A DNA stretch of 64,000 bases from a virus. Taxonomy: Duplodnaviria > Caudoviricetes. Location: positions 4,799 to 68,798 of the IMG/VR virus record IMGVR_UViG_3300025918_000012; one strand, written 5' to 3'. The notes beneath the pieces were generated by a model. The model was not told the origin of the DNA. It was given only the letters and a program-made list of their open reading frames with translations, and made no database searches. Both the position numbers and the translations under genes were made by a program. Positions 10,524-19,636 of this stretch are shown one piece after another (within the stretch, counting starts at the first letter, position 1; each line of letters begins with the position of its first letter).

Positions 10524-11119
10524 TGAAGGTCTGGACGAAGCTCCTCGGCAACTCCGGCGGCGAGGTCCCGTCGCCCGTCGGCGCGCTGATGGACTACATC
10601 GACGACGTGGACCCGGACGCGAATTGGATGGTCTGCGACGGCCGCACGCTCGACTCCGTGGCGGACACGACTCTCGCGGCGCTCTACGCGAGGATCGGCA
10701 CGAAGTACGGCGGCACGGGCGCGAGCAGTTTCAACCTGCCGGACGCGCGCGGACGGATGACGGTCGCCAAGGGCACCCACACCGAGGTCAACGCGCTCGG
10801 CAAGAGCGACGGGCTGGCCGTCGGCTCGCGCAAGGTCAAGCACCAGCACGGCAAGGGCACCCTCGCGACCGTTCTGGGCGGCACGCACCGCCACAACGCG
10901 CACGAGGCGATGACGGCGATGGTCGGTCCGTCGGGGAACCTCTCGACCTTCCTGAACACGTCCAACAACGCCAACTACGGCGTCTACCACGCGCCGAGCA
11001 CGGCCGAGGCGGTCCACAGCCACCCGAACTCGGAGTTCACAGGCGTGGTCGGCGACACGACCGGTCCGGTGGACGGGCCGGGCTACCTCGTCACGAACAA
11101 GATCATCCGGGTCCGGTAG
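10523..11119 (+). CDS. tail-collar domain protein
   Basis: SPVGALMDY...WMVCDGRTL...LYARIGTKYGG..FNLPD; near-duplicate of the 8183-9931 C-terminus. Confidence 0.8.
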   Translation: MKVWTKLLGNSGGEVPSPVGALMDYIDDVDPDANWMVCDGRTLDSVADTTLAALYARIGTKYGGTGASSFNLPDARGRMTVAKGTHTEVNALGKSDGLAVGSRKVKHQHGKGTLATVLGGTHRHNAHEAMTAMVGPSGNLSTFLNTSNNANYGVYHAPSTAEAVHSHPNSEFTGVVGDTTGPVDGPGYLVTNKIIRVR

Positions 11120-11127
11120 GAGGAGAC

Positions 11128-11421
11128 ATGGCGACCATCGAGGATCTGCGCGATCTCGGCTACGACGTCGGCCAGTCCTTCACCGGCGAGGACTTCACCG
11201 TGTACCGGGTGGAGGGGTTCGGCGTCTCCACGCAGGTCCGCGACGACGACGAGGACGGGCTTGCGTCGCTCGCCGACAGTCACGAGGAGCGCGTCGCGCA
11301 GGAGGGCGAGAGCACCGACGAGACGCTTCTGCGCTGGCACGACGACAAGGACAACCCGTTCGAGTTGCCGAAGGGGCAGGTCGGCGAGACGCGCAAGCGC
11401 GTGAAGGAGGCGGCGTCGTGA
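11128..11421 (+). CDS. hypothetical acidic protein
   Basis: GGAGGAG RBS then ATG at 11128. Confidence 0.6.
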   Translation: MATIEDLRDLGYDVGQSFTGEDFTVYRVEGFGVSTQVRDDDEDGLASLADSHEERVAQEGESTDETLLRWHDDKDNPFELPKGQVGETRKRVKEAAS

Positions 11422-11729
11422 TCTTCACGCTGGTCTTGAACATCCGGGCCGACGCGGACCCCCCGACGGCGAGCGTCTCGGTGGAGAAGGACGGGCAGCA
11501 TCTCGGCACCCGCGAGGACATCTCCCCGAAGGACTGGGGCGGCGTGCTCGGCGCGGTCTCGACGGCCGCCGGGCCGGAGGTCGGCGGCGCGGTGAAGACC
11601 GCCATGAAGAACGAGGTCGTGCGCGTCATGACGGAGATCCAGGCGAAGATCACCGAGGAGACGCAGCACAACAAGGACCGGCAGGCGACCCTGCTGGCGT
11701 TTCAGCAGGCGGCGGCCCTCCTCCAATGA
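11418..11729 (+). CDS. hypothetical protein with C-terminal coiled coil
   Basis: GTGA-coupled ORF. Confidence 0.55.
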   Translation: MIFTLVLNIRADADPPTASVSVEKDGQHLGTREDISPKDWGGVLGAVSTAAGPEVGGAVKTAMKNEVVRVMTEIQAKITEETQHNKDRQATLLAFQQAAALLQ

Positions 11730-12229
11730 CGGATCTGCGTCCCGGCGATCTCATCCTGACGGGCGCGAAGTCGCAGGGGGTCATCTCGCAGGCGATCAAG
11801 CTCGGGCAGAGGATCCGTGGTTTCTCGAAGGATGAGCGCCAGTGGAGCCACTGCTACCTCGTCCTCGACGCCGACGGCACCATGATCGAGGCGGCCAAGA
11901 AGGGCGTGCGGATCACGCACACCGACCACCTGCACGAGGGCGACTGGCGGCACTTCTCGACCGGCGTCAACGACGCCGACATGAAGCAGATCCAGACGTT
12001 CTGCGACGCGGTGCTCGAAGCGAAGTGGAAGTACGGCTTCTGGACGTTCGCGGGCCTCGGGATCTACTGCCTCACCGGCGGGCAGTTGTGCATCCAGAAG
12101 GCCGGAACCGCTATCTGCTCGGGCCTGTTCTGCGACGCGCTGACCCGCGCCGGATACGTGTGGGAGCGCCCGCCCTACGCGATGATGCCCGCCGACCTGC
12201 ACCGGCACTTCATCTCGAAGACCGCCTGA
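11726..12229 (+). CDS. permuted papain-like amidase (YaeF/YiiX, C92-like)
   Basis: LRPGDLIL...WSHCYL...MIEA..GV... Y ...CSGLFCDAL (His precedes Cys: permuted NlpC/P60). Confidence 0.75.
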   Translation: MTDLRPGDLILTGAKSQGVISQAIKLGQRIRGFSKDERQWSHCYLVLDADGTMIEAAKKGVRITHTDHLHEGDWRHFSTGVNDADMKQIQTFCDAVLEAKWKYGFWTFAGLGIYCLTGGQLCIQKAGTAICSGLFCDALTRAGYVWERPPYAMMPADLHRHFISKTA

Positions 12230-12247
12230 CCGCCCGTCGAATCCGAT

Positions 12248-12901
12248 GTGGGATTGCGGCCCGCAGCGTCCATGCTTCGGATCGTGGCGTACGCGAACGG
12301 ACGCATCCCCGCATCGGCGCTGGCGTCGATCCCCGGCGGGCAGTTGGAGAAGACCGCCGCCGCCGCGTGGAACGCGATGCGCGCCGAGATCATTCGTCGC
12401 GGCGGTCCCGCCATCCGGCCGCTCGGCGGCGTGTCGAGCTACCGCCCGTACGCGGCGCAGCTTTACTTCTGGAACCTGTGGCGCTCCGGGCGCGGCAACG
12501 TTGCTGCCCGTCCCGGTACGAGCAACCACGGGTGGGGGCGGGCCGTGGACGTCGCGACCCCGGCGATGGCGCAGTGGATCATCCGCGTCGGCTCCAAGTA
12601 CGGCTGGAACCACGCGGAGGGCGCGCGCGTCGGCGAGTGGTGGCACATGGGCTACGTCGGCGGCTTCCACGGCAAGGTCACGCCAAGCGACCCGACGATC
12701 CGCAAGGGCACGGTCAACCGGGCGGCCGTCACGCGGTTGCAGAAGCTCCTGCGCGGGCTGAACCTCACGCGCGTCGTGAACGGCAAGTACGGCCTCTGGA
12801 CGCGCCGCGCCGTCCGCAAGTTCCAGAGCAAGCACGGCCTGCCCGTCGATGGCGTGGTCGGCCCGAAGACGTGGGCGGCGCTTCGCAAGGCATCCGGTTA
12901 G
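12248..12901 (+). CDS. endolysin: M15/VanY-like peptidase plus peptidoglycan-binding domain
   Basis: SSYRPY..Q...AARPGTSNHGWG.AVD...EWWH; C-terminal LQ..L...VNG.YG..T..AV..FQ..HGL..DG.VGP.TW. Start uncertain. Confidence 0.85.
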   Translation: MGLRPAASMLRIVAYANGRIPASALASIPGGQLEKTAAAAWNAMRAEIIRRGGPAIRPLGGVSSYRPYAAQLYFWNLWRSGRGNVAARPGTSNHGWGRAVDVATPAMAQWIIRVGSKYGWNHAEGARVGEWWHMGYVGGFHGKVTPSDPTIRKGTVNRAAVTRLQKLLRGLNLTRVVNGKYGLWTRRAVRKFQSKHGLPVDGVVGPKTWAALRKASG

Positions 12902-12909
12902 GAGGACTC

Positions 12910-13389
12910 ATGGCAGCAGACGTCGAGCAGCCGGGCATCGAGGAGGACCACAACGATCCCGTGCTGGACGCCGTGAACGCGGCGGTCCAGAGCAACATCG
13001 GCCGCGTGGTCGCCGCTGGGATGGCGCTCGCGCTGCCGTTCATCGGCGCGTTCTGCGCGTGGGTGCAGGACATCATCGGCATCGACCTCAACTCCACGGA
13101 GTTGAGCGTCTACATCGGCACGATCATCACCGGCGCGGCGCTCGCCGGATGGCAGTGGCTCCGCAACCGGGGCGCGTGGGAGACGCAGAGCGTGAAGCTC
13201 CTCCACGACCTGTACACCGGCGGGCAGAGCGCGACCGCGTTCCCGCCGTCGATCACGATGCACCCGGACTGGAACGAGGCGGCGTTCTCCAACGACGTCG
13301 GCGAGCCGATGACCGGCGAGCCGGAACCGGAGACCGGCGGCCCGGAGCCGGAGGGCACGGTCGGCAAGGAGGGGTGGAAGCAGCCGTGA
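12910..13389 (+). CDS. putative holin
   Basis: GGAGG RBS; two hydrophobic helices; lies between two lysins. Confidence 0.6.
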   Translation: MAADVEQPGIEEDHNDPVLDAVNAAVQSNIGRVVAAGMALALPFIGAFCAWVQDIIGIDLNSTELSVYIGTIITGAALAGWQWLRNRGAWETQSVKLLHDLYTGGQSATAFPPSITMHPDWNEAAFSNDVGEPMTGEPEPETGGPEPEGTVGKEGWKQP

Positions 13390-14165
13390 CGTGGACGATC
13401 CCGCCCTCGACGGACTACTCGTTCCGCAAGGGCGACAACGGCATCGGCGTCTGGTCGTTGCAGAAGGCGCTGATCGCGCGCGCCGGGTCGGCGATCACCC
13501 CTGATGGCGACTTCGGCACGATGACGGAGACGGCCGTGAAGTCGTGGCAGTCCTCGCAGAGGCTCGCCGCTGATGGCATCGCCGGGCCGATGACGCAGCG
13601 GTCGCTCGTGCAGAAGACGGTGGACGCCCGCGACGCGCAGTCGCCGCGTGCCCCGGCGAAGCTCCTGTACGGCTTCGCGGAGGGCGAGGGCGGATGGCTG
13701 CTCGCGGCGGTCAACTGGTCGGTTGCGGGGGGCGTGGACTGCGGCGCGTTCCAGCGCCGGGTGTACGACGATGACTACGCCAACGACGCCGTGATCGAGC
13801 GCGCGTTCAACACGAGCTACCAGTGCGACCTGCTCGCCGACCGGCTCGTCGAACTGCGCGGCATCTACGGGGTGCGGGCCGGTTCCCGAGACGGCTTCGG
13901 CGGCCTGTCGAACAACGAGAAGGCGTGGCGGCTGGCGGCGCTGGCGCACAACTACCCGAGCGGCGCGGACACCCTGTCCAAGACGCCGGTCAAGAGCCTC
14001 TCCTCGTACTGGACGACACCGCAGGAGTGGGTCACCGTCCACGGCTACCGCTTCGAGAACGGCGACCCGGTGAAGACGCCTCTCGACTGGTGCTCCCTTT
14101 ACGCTGGCGTGCTTGGAGGCGTCAAGGGCACAGTCACTCGCTACGTCACCGATTGGACTACCTGA
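13386..14165 (+). CDS. second lysin: PG-binding domain plus lysozyme/SLT-like domain
   Basis: GD.G..V..LQ.AL...DG.FG..T..AV..WQ....L..DG.AGP.T; catalytic-like AEGEGG...GVDCGAFQ. Confidence 0.7.
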   Translation: MTWTIPPSTDYSFRKGDNGIGVWSLQKALIARAGSAITPDGDFGTMTETAVKSWQSSQRLAADGIAGPMTQRSLVQKTVDARDAQSPRAPAKLLYGFAEGEGGWLLAAVNWSVAGGVDCGAFQRRVYDDDYANDAVIERAFNTSYQCDLLADRLVELRGIYGVRAGSRDGFGGLSNNEKAWRLAALAHNYPSGADTLSKTPVKSLSSYWTTPQEWVTVHGYRFENGDPVKTPLDWCSLYAGVLGGVKGTVTRYVTDWTT

Positions 14166-14511
14166 GACCCCCTGCGAGGAGGCCCCCGGTGGCCGGACGG
14201 CCGGGGGCTACGCGCAGGTGCGAGTCAACGGCGTTCGGCGGTACGCCCACGTGGTCGCGTGGGAGGAGGTCCACGGCCCGGTGCCCGACGGGTATGAGAT
14301 CGACCATCTCTGCGAGAACAAGGGCTGCCGCCGCCTCGATCATCTCGAAGCCGTGACGCACGAGGAGAACTGCGAGCGCCACTACGCGCGGCAGGCGACA
14401 TGCAAGAACGGTCACTCGTGGACGCCGGAGAACACCTACATCCGCAGGGAGGGAACGCGCGTCTGCCGGGCGTGTCGCCGCGAGAACATGCGGCGGTACG
14501 CCTCCCGTTAG
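14113..14511 (+). CDS. HNH endonuclease (HNH_3 type with CxxGH...CxxC tail)
   Basis: AH.VAWE..HGP.P.G.EIDHLC.N..C....HLEAVT..EN; start uncertain. Confidence 0.85.
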   Translation: MEASRAQSLATSPIGLPETPCEEAPGGRTAGGYAQVRVNGVRRYAHVVAWEEVHGPVPDGYEIDHLCENKGCRRLDHLEAVTHEENCERHYARQATCKNGHSWTPENTYIRREGTRVCRACRRENMRRYASR

Positions 14512-14638
14512 CGCTCCGAGCGGCAACTCCGACTGTGACCGGCGGGATTCCGTCGGCGGCTCCGGTAGCCTCCGTATGGTCGCGCGGAGGAAGTGATCTC
14601 CTTGGTCGGGTAGAACGCACCCTCGCGCGGCGTCCTGC

Positions 14639-14685
14639 AAGGACCGTCCGGCTCCGCTTCCAGCCCTCAGAGCCGGGCGGTCCTT
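14639..14685. terminator. 16-bp hairpin at the lysis/recombination module boundary
   Basis: AAGGACCGTCCGGCTC ... GAGCCGGGCGGTCCTT (one G-U pair). Confidence 0.55.
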
Positions 14686-14760
14686 CTACTATGCGGGCCG
14701 ATCCGACGTCCGGCGGGCGGGGTAGCTTCGATGGCACCCGTCCGACCAAGGAGACGCCCC

Positions 14761-15663
14761 ATGAGTAACGCCGTCGTGTCGATCACTCAGCGCGCTCGCG
14801 CTGACTACGACGAGGGTCAGATCGCGCTGATCCGTGACACCGTGATGCCGCCGGACACGCCTCCGGCCGCGCTCGCGATGTTCTTGGAGACGTGCGCCCG
14901 GCACCAGTTGGACCCCCTCATCAAGCAGATCTGGGCGGTGAAGATCAAGGGCAAGATCCAGCCGGTCGTGGCGCGCGACGGGCTGCTCGCCATCGGCAAC
15001 CGGCACACCGGCAGCGGATGGCAGGACGTCTCCGGCGAGTACCTCGGCTGCATGAGCAACGCTGTCCGCCAGCACGACTACTTCGACTACGAGCAGGTCG
15101 AACGCGACGACGGCACGATCAGGTGGGCGATCACGCACAAGCCCCGCAACGAGAAGGGTGAGCCGACGCACGGCGGCCCGGACGGCAGCCTGCGCGGACC
15201 GCTCGTCGGGGCGTGGGCCATCGTCCGGCGGCGCGGCCACAACGACACGTGGTTCTACGCCGAGTGGGATCCGTACGTGAAGTCCGGCGACAACGCATGG
15301 CGCACCCACCCGACCGCGATGATCCAGAAGTGCGCCGAGTCGAACACGCTGCGGCGCGCGTTCTCGGTGTCCGGCGTGATCGGCGAGGGCGAGGAGCCGA
15401 AGGACGCCGTGTCGTCGGTCACGCAGTCGAACTCGGAGGCGTCCTCGGAGATCCGGTGGCCCGCCGACGAGGGCCTCAAGGAGCGCCTCAAGGACGCCTT
15501 CGACCTCCTCGGCTACCGGCGCGCGAAGGTGCGCTCGCTCGTGAACGCCTGCCGCTCCAACGAGGACTACCTGAACCTCCTCGGCGACCTCGACAACGCG
15601 CTGACCGAGGCCGGGCTGACGCAGGTCGATGACGTCGAGGTCGTGGAGCCGGACGCGGCATGA
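14761..15663 (+). CDS. bet: phage recombination protein Bet/RecT-like single-strand annealing protein
   Basis: FLETC....LDP..KQIWAVK...V..DG; W..HP..M..K.AE...LRRAF; CCGACCAAGGAG RBS. Confidence 0.85.
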   Translation: MSNAVVSITQRARADYDEGQIALIRDTVMPPDTPPAALAMFLETCARHQLDPLIKQIWAVKIKGKIQPVVARDGLLAIGNRHTGSGWQDVSGEYLGCMSNAVRQHDYFDYEQVERDDGTIRWAITHKPRNEKGEPTHGGPDGSLRGPLVGAWAIVRRRGHNDTWFYAEWDPYVKSGDNAWRTHPTAMIQKCAESNTLRRAFSVSGVIGEGEEPKDAVSSVTQSNSEASSEIRWPADEGLKERLKDAFDLLGYRRAKVRSLVNACRSNEDYLNLLGDLDNALTEAGLTQVDDVEVVEPDAA

Positions 15664-16967
15664 GCTACGACCGGGCCGTCGAGCGCTTCCCGATCATTCG
15701 GCAGTCCCGGCTGGCGACCTTCGACCGGTGCGCTCTGTCGTCGTGGTTCGAGGAGAACTACGAGTCGGGGTGGTCCAGCAAGGAGCAGGCGCGCGGCACG
15801 ATCTTCCACCGGTTCGCCGCGAAGTACCTGTCGGAGTGCTACCGCCAGCAGGAGCGGTCGATGCCGGGGGACGCGGCCGTCGCGATCCTCGACGAGTGCC
15901 TGCGCCAGCACGACATCGACCAGCGCTGCCCGGACTGCCCGGCCCCCATCGCGCGCCGCTACCAGTCGCAGGAGGGCTTCCCCCGCATCGTCTGCGAGAA
16001 CGGCCACGACCACGCCTCGGAGTGGGTCAACGTGCCGTTCGAGGAGATCAAGGATCTGCGGTGGGTCGTCGTGAAGTTCGCGAACGACAACGCCTTCGAC
16101 ATCGAGTACCTCGTGGACGTCGAGCAGCGCCTCAAGGCGACCCTCACGTACCCCGGCGGCGAGCGCGTCCTGACCGGCCAGTTGGACGCGCTGTTCACGA
16201 ACGCGCTGGACGAGGACGAGTTCATCGTCTTGGACTGGAAGGACACGTGGGGGATTCCCGGCCCGAGCGAACTCGGCTTCGACGGCTACTTCCAGCAACG
16301 CTTCTACGCATGGCTCGTCTTCAAGAACTTCCCGTCGGCCAAGCGCGTGACGACGAAGGAGTTCTACGTCCGGTTCTCCGACTCGCGCGAGGCGACGGTG
16401 TACCGCGAGGACATGGACGACGTGGAGGCCGAGTTGTCGGCCCTGCTGGAACGCTACGACCGGGCGTGGCACGAGGAGGTCTTCCCGCCGACGCCGGGCG
16501 TCCACTGCCACTTCTGCGCGCGCCCGAGCGCCTGCCCGATCTTCCCCGGCGTGCGCGGCGTCGGGATGATCGAGGACGACGAGACGGCGCAGCGCGTCGC
16601 GCGGGAGTTGACGGTGGCCGAGGCCGCTCTCAAGAGCCGCAAGGGTGCCCTGAGCGCCTACACAGGCGTTCGCGGGCCGCAGGAGGTCTCCTCCCACAAG
16701 GGACGCAAGGCGTGGACGCACAAGCCCACGAAGACGGTCACGCGCCCGACCCGCGATGCGATGGCGGCGGCCATCGAGAGCGCCCGGCACGGCATCCCGT
16801 TGGACCTCGACTCGCTCTACAAGGAGCGGACGGGCAGCCGGTTCGGTCTGCACACCTACGTGGAGCCGGACGACGACGCGGCCGACGCCCAACTCATGAA
16901 CGCCCTCGAAGCGTCCGTCCACGATGTTAGCCTCCGGCGGTCAACCGACCAAGGAGAGGCAGCATGA
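15660..16967 (+). CDS. PD-(D/E)xK RecB/AddB-like exonuclease with Zn-finger insertion
   Basis: RGT.FH; DVEQ...LTG.LDAL..VLDWK; Q..FY; Cys staple (DRC...CHFC...CP); CPDC/CENGH insertion. Confidence 0.85.
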   Translation: MSYDRAVERFPIIRQSRLATFDRCALSSWFEENYESGWSSKEQARGTIFHRFAAKYLSECYRQQERSMPGDAAVAILDECLRQHDIDQRCPDCPAPIARRYQSQEGFPRIVCENGHDHASEWVNVPFEEIKDLRWVVVKFANDNAFDIEYLVDVEQRLKATLTYPGGERVLTGQLDALFTNALDEDEFIVLDWKDTWGIPGPSELGFDGYFQQRFYAWLVFKNFPSAKRVTTKEFYVRFSDSREATVYREDMDDVEAELSALLERYDRAWHEEVFPPTPGVHCHFCARPSACPIFPGVRGVGMIEDDETAQRVARELTVAEAALKSRKGALSAYTGVRGPQEVSSHKGRKAWTHKPTKTVTRPTRDAMAAAIESARHGIPLDLDSLYKERTGSRFGLHTYVEPDDDAADAQLMNALEASVHDVSLRRSTDQGEAA

Positions 16968-17461
16968 AGGTCTACAGGCTCCGGCGACCGCTGTTGGGCA
17001 ACGAGGTCCACGGGCAGAGCGAGGCGCTCGACGGCATCGGCTGTGATCCGGGCGGCTGGTTCATCGTCGCCCTGCCGCCCGCCGAGATTGAGGGTCCGAA
17101 GACCGGCGCGGCGCGCAAGAGCGACCCCGACACGTCGCAGGAGGCCGCGAAGTCGATGGACCCGACGGCGCAGGAGCGGATGGTCTACGACGTGCTGCGC
17201 GCCGCGCTTCCCGGCGACCTGATCCTCGACGAGATCTGGGACCGGGTGGACCCGACGCACGCGAAGGGCCGGGACAGTTGGGGTCCGCGCCTCGCGCCGC
17301 TGATCGAGAAGGGACTCGTGGTGGTGACCGGCAAGCGCATGGGCAGCCACAAGCGCAATATGCGCGCCTACGCGGCCGTCGTCATCGAGGACGTCCCCTC
17401 GGCCCGCAACGATGCGCCGGAGCCGGAACTGACCGGCAGCACCGCGTCCACCCTGTTCTAG
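16964..17461 (+). CDS. winged-helix DNA-binding protein
   Basis: ARKSDPDTS..AA motif then wHTH-like segment ending RLAPL.EKGLV..TG.R. Confidence 0.55.
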   Translation: MKVYRLRRPLLGNEVHGQSEALDGIGCDPGGWFIVALPPAEIEGPKTGAARKSDPDTSQEAAKSMDPTAQERMVYDVLRAALPGDLILDEIWDRVDPTHAKGRDSWGPRLAPLIEKGLVVVTGKRMGSHKRNMRAYAAVVIEDVPSARNDAPEPELTGSTASTLF

Positions 17462-17469
17462 GAGGCCCC

Positions 17470-17682
17470 GTGGCCCGTCGCATCTTCTTCGCGAACTTCG
17501 GACTCGAAGTCATGCAGGTCCCCGATCACAAGCAGGTGTTCTTGGAGGTCCACGACAAGGACACGAAGGACGTGTACGTGATCCCGATGGAGGAGGACAC
17601 CGCCGCGAAGCTGTCGGCCCGCCTCGACGGCCGGGGGATCGTCATGCCGAACATCGTGGGCGGGGTGCCGAAGCAAGGATGA
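17470..17682 (+). CDS. hypothetical protein
   Basis: GGAGG RBS then GTG at 17470. Confidence 0.55.
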   Translation: MARRIFFANFGLEVMQVPDHKQVFLEVHDKDTKDVYVIPMEEDTAAKLSARLDGRGIVMPNIVGGVPKQG

Positions 17683-17993
17683 TGACCCGCAAGGTCTCGC
17701 TGCCGAAGTGCGCTTGCGGCTGCGGGAACCGGGCGGCCCACCGTCACCACATCGTCTACGAGCAGCACCTACCGAAGGCGCTGCACCGCGACCAGCGGAA
17801 CTTCGTGCCCGTGTGGTGGGAGTGCCACTTCTCCCACCACAGCCGCAGCCGGAGGTTCGACCTCGCGATGTTTCCCGACGAGGCGTTCGAGTTCGCCGCC
17901 GAGGCGCTCGGGCCGGGAGCCGCCTACGAGTACCTCGGCCGCTACTACAGCGACATCGGATCGGACCCGCGCCGCGCTGCGCTGATCGCATGA
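17679..17993 (+). CDS. HNH-like Zn-binding protein
   Basis: CACGCG...HRHHI.Y...RN.V...ECH..HH. Confidence 0.55.
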   Translation: MMTRKVSLPKCACGCGNRAAHRHHIVYEQHLPKALHRDQRNFVPVWWECHFSHHSRSRRFDLAMFPDEAFEFAAEALGPGAAYEYLGRYYSDIGSDPRRAALIA

Positions 17994-18241
17994 GCGAAGA
18001 CCTCCCGACCGTGCGCCTCGTCATCGAGTTGGACGACGAGGCGCTAGCGGCCGTGGACGAGCACCTATCGCAGGGACACGAGACCCTACCGCTCGACGTC
18101 CACGTTTCCGTCCTAGAGGTCCGTGATGCTGCCGGGGATCTCGTGACGGAGTTCGACGTCATCTGCCCGACCGCCATCGAGGGCGTCCGCAACATGCGGA
18201 TCTACGTCCGGTCTCCGTCTCCACACACAAGGGAGGACTGA
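17990..18241 (+). CDS. hypothetical protein
   Basis: ATGA coupling; begins MSEDLPTV. Confidence 0.5.
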   Translation: MSEDLPTVRLVIELDDEALAAVDEHLSQGHETLPLDVHVSVLEVRDAAGDLVTEFDVICPTAIEGVRNMRIYVRSPSPHTRED

Positions 18242-18738
18242 TGTCCGTGACGCCCATGCCCACACGGGCCGACATCGACGAGGCGCATGAGCGCGTCGCC
18301 GCCGAGGACGCCGAGAAGCTCAACGACGACGAGGGCAAGTCCCTCGAAGCGCTCGCCGACGAGCAGGAGGAGGAGCAGATCTCGCTGTTCGGCACCGCCG
18401 ATCAGTTGACGCTGAACGTCGGCGGCAAGAAGAAGCCCACCGAGTCGGCGGTGAAGATCAAGGCCCGGCAGGAGCGGATCCAGGGCCAGTTCACGCCGGA
18501 CGACATCGTTCACATCGTCGTGCGGGTCCGCTGCGACAAGGTGGAGTTCGGCTACGTCCGCGACTCCGACGGCGCGGTCGTCGGCGTGAAGCGCATCCAC
18601 CATCTCTCGCCGCTGCACGTCGAGCGGGCCGACGGGTTCCAGAAGTGCGTGGACCTCGTGCAGGGCATCGCGACCGGCGAGATCGAGGACATGGACGAGA
18701 TCAAGCGCCTCGCGCAGGAGGCCGTCGGCCTCGCGTAG
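18241..18738 (+). CDS. hypothetical acidic protein
   Basis: GGAGG RBS; TGATG coupling. Confidence 0.6.
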   Translation: MSVTPMPTRADIDEAHERVAAEDAEKLNDDEGKSLEALADEQEEEQISLFGTADQLTLNVGGKKKPTESAVKIKARQERIQGQFTPDDIVHIVVRVRCDKVEFGYVRDSDGAVVGVKRIHHLSPLHVERADGFQKCVDLVQGIATGEIEDMDEIKRLAQEAVGLA

Positions 18739-18839
18739 AAGTTGCCGCTACGAGCGGGGACTCCTCACACGGGTCCCTGCACGAGCGGTATCACTGTGCG
18801 GCCTGCGGAGGGAGCAGGCACCCGACCAAGGAGGACTCG

Positions 18840-18866
18840 ATGGACACGCCCGAGAGGGGCGTATGA
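18840..18866 (+). CDS. 8-codon leader ORF (MDTPERGV) coupled to the replication initiator
   Basis: CCGACCAAGGAGG at 18822, ATG at 18840; its stop overlaps ATG 18863 (ATGA). Confidence 0.45.
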   Translation: MDTPERGV

Positions 18867-19636
18867 GCGCGCGTGCCGTGGGATGGGCGTTGGAGCAGCC
18901 GCTCGAAGCCCTCCCGAAGATCATCCTCGTGACGCTCGCCGACTGCATGAACTCGGAGACGGCGAAGTGCGTCCCGTCGCAGGAGTACCTCGCCAAGATC
19001 GCGCTCTGCTCCGACCGGACGGTGCGCACCCATCTCACCGCCTTGGAGGAGGGCGGCTACATCACGCGGGTCCGGCGCTCGCACCCGGCCACCGGGCATC
19101 GTCTTTCGGACGGCTACGTCCTTCACCTGCCGGAAGCATCTTCCGCTAGGCCAACCGGAAGCGCGGCGGCCCGCCTACCGGAAGCAGCTACTTCCAGGGA
19201 ACCGGAAAGGAACCAGAACCCTTCGGGGAATGGGAGGGCGCGCGCGAGCGCGCCTGTGATGAAGGTGGCGGGCAAGCCGATCAAGGGGGAGCCGTGGAAG
19301 CTCACGTGCTCGATCCTCGACGAGTTCAACTCGCAGACCGGCAAGAAGCTCGGAGCGACGACCGAGGCCGGGCAGCCGTCCGAGGCGGCGAAGCGGATCT
19401 ACCAGCGCGTCATCGCGTGGCCGAATCTCGGCTTGGAGCGCCATCGCGAGATCATCGAGAAGACGCTGGCGTCGCAGTGGTGGGGCGACGGGCAGCCGTC
19501 CATCGGTGTCGTCTACGGGCCGAAGGTCTTCGAGGAGAACATGACCCGTGAGCCGCAAGCCAAGCGGCAGGACGGCCGGGCGATGCAGGCGCAGCGGGCG
19601 CGGGAAGCGATGACGCGGATCAGGGGGCAGACGTGA
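18863..19636 (+). CDS. replication initiator, N-terminal HTH (HTH_36-like)
   Basis: MS..A..WA......KI.L..LAD.......C.PSQE.LA....S.RTV..HL..LEE.GYI.R. Confidence 0.85.
   Translation: MSARAVGWALEQPLEALPKIILVTLADCMNSETAKCVPSQEYLAKIALCSDRTVRTHLTALEEGGYITRVRRSHPATGHRLSDGYVLHLPEASSARPTGSAAARLPEAATSREPERNQNPSGNGRARASAPVMKVAGKPIKGEPWKLTCSILDEFNSQTGKKLGATTEAGQPSEAAKRIYQRVIAWPNLGLERHREIIEKTLASQWWGDGQPSIGVVYGPKVFEENMTREPQAKRQDGRAMQAQRAREAMTRIRGQT

Noticed and set aside
15660-16967. Cas4/CRISPR association of the Fe-S PD-(D/E)xK nuclease
   Set aside because: No repeat-spacer array or other cas genes; adjacency to bet indicates a Red-like recombination pair.
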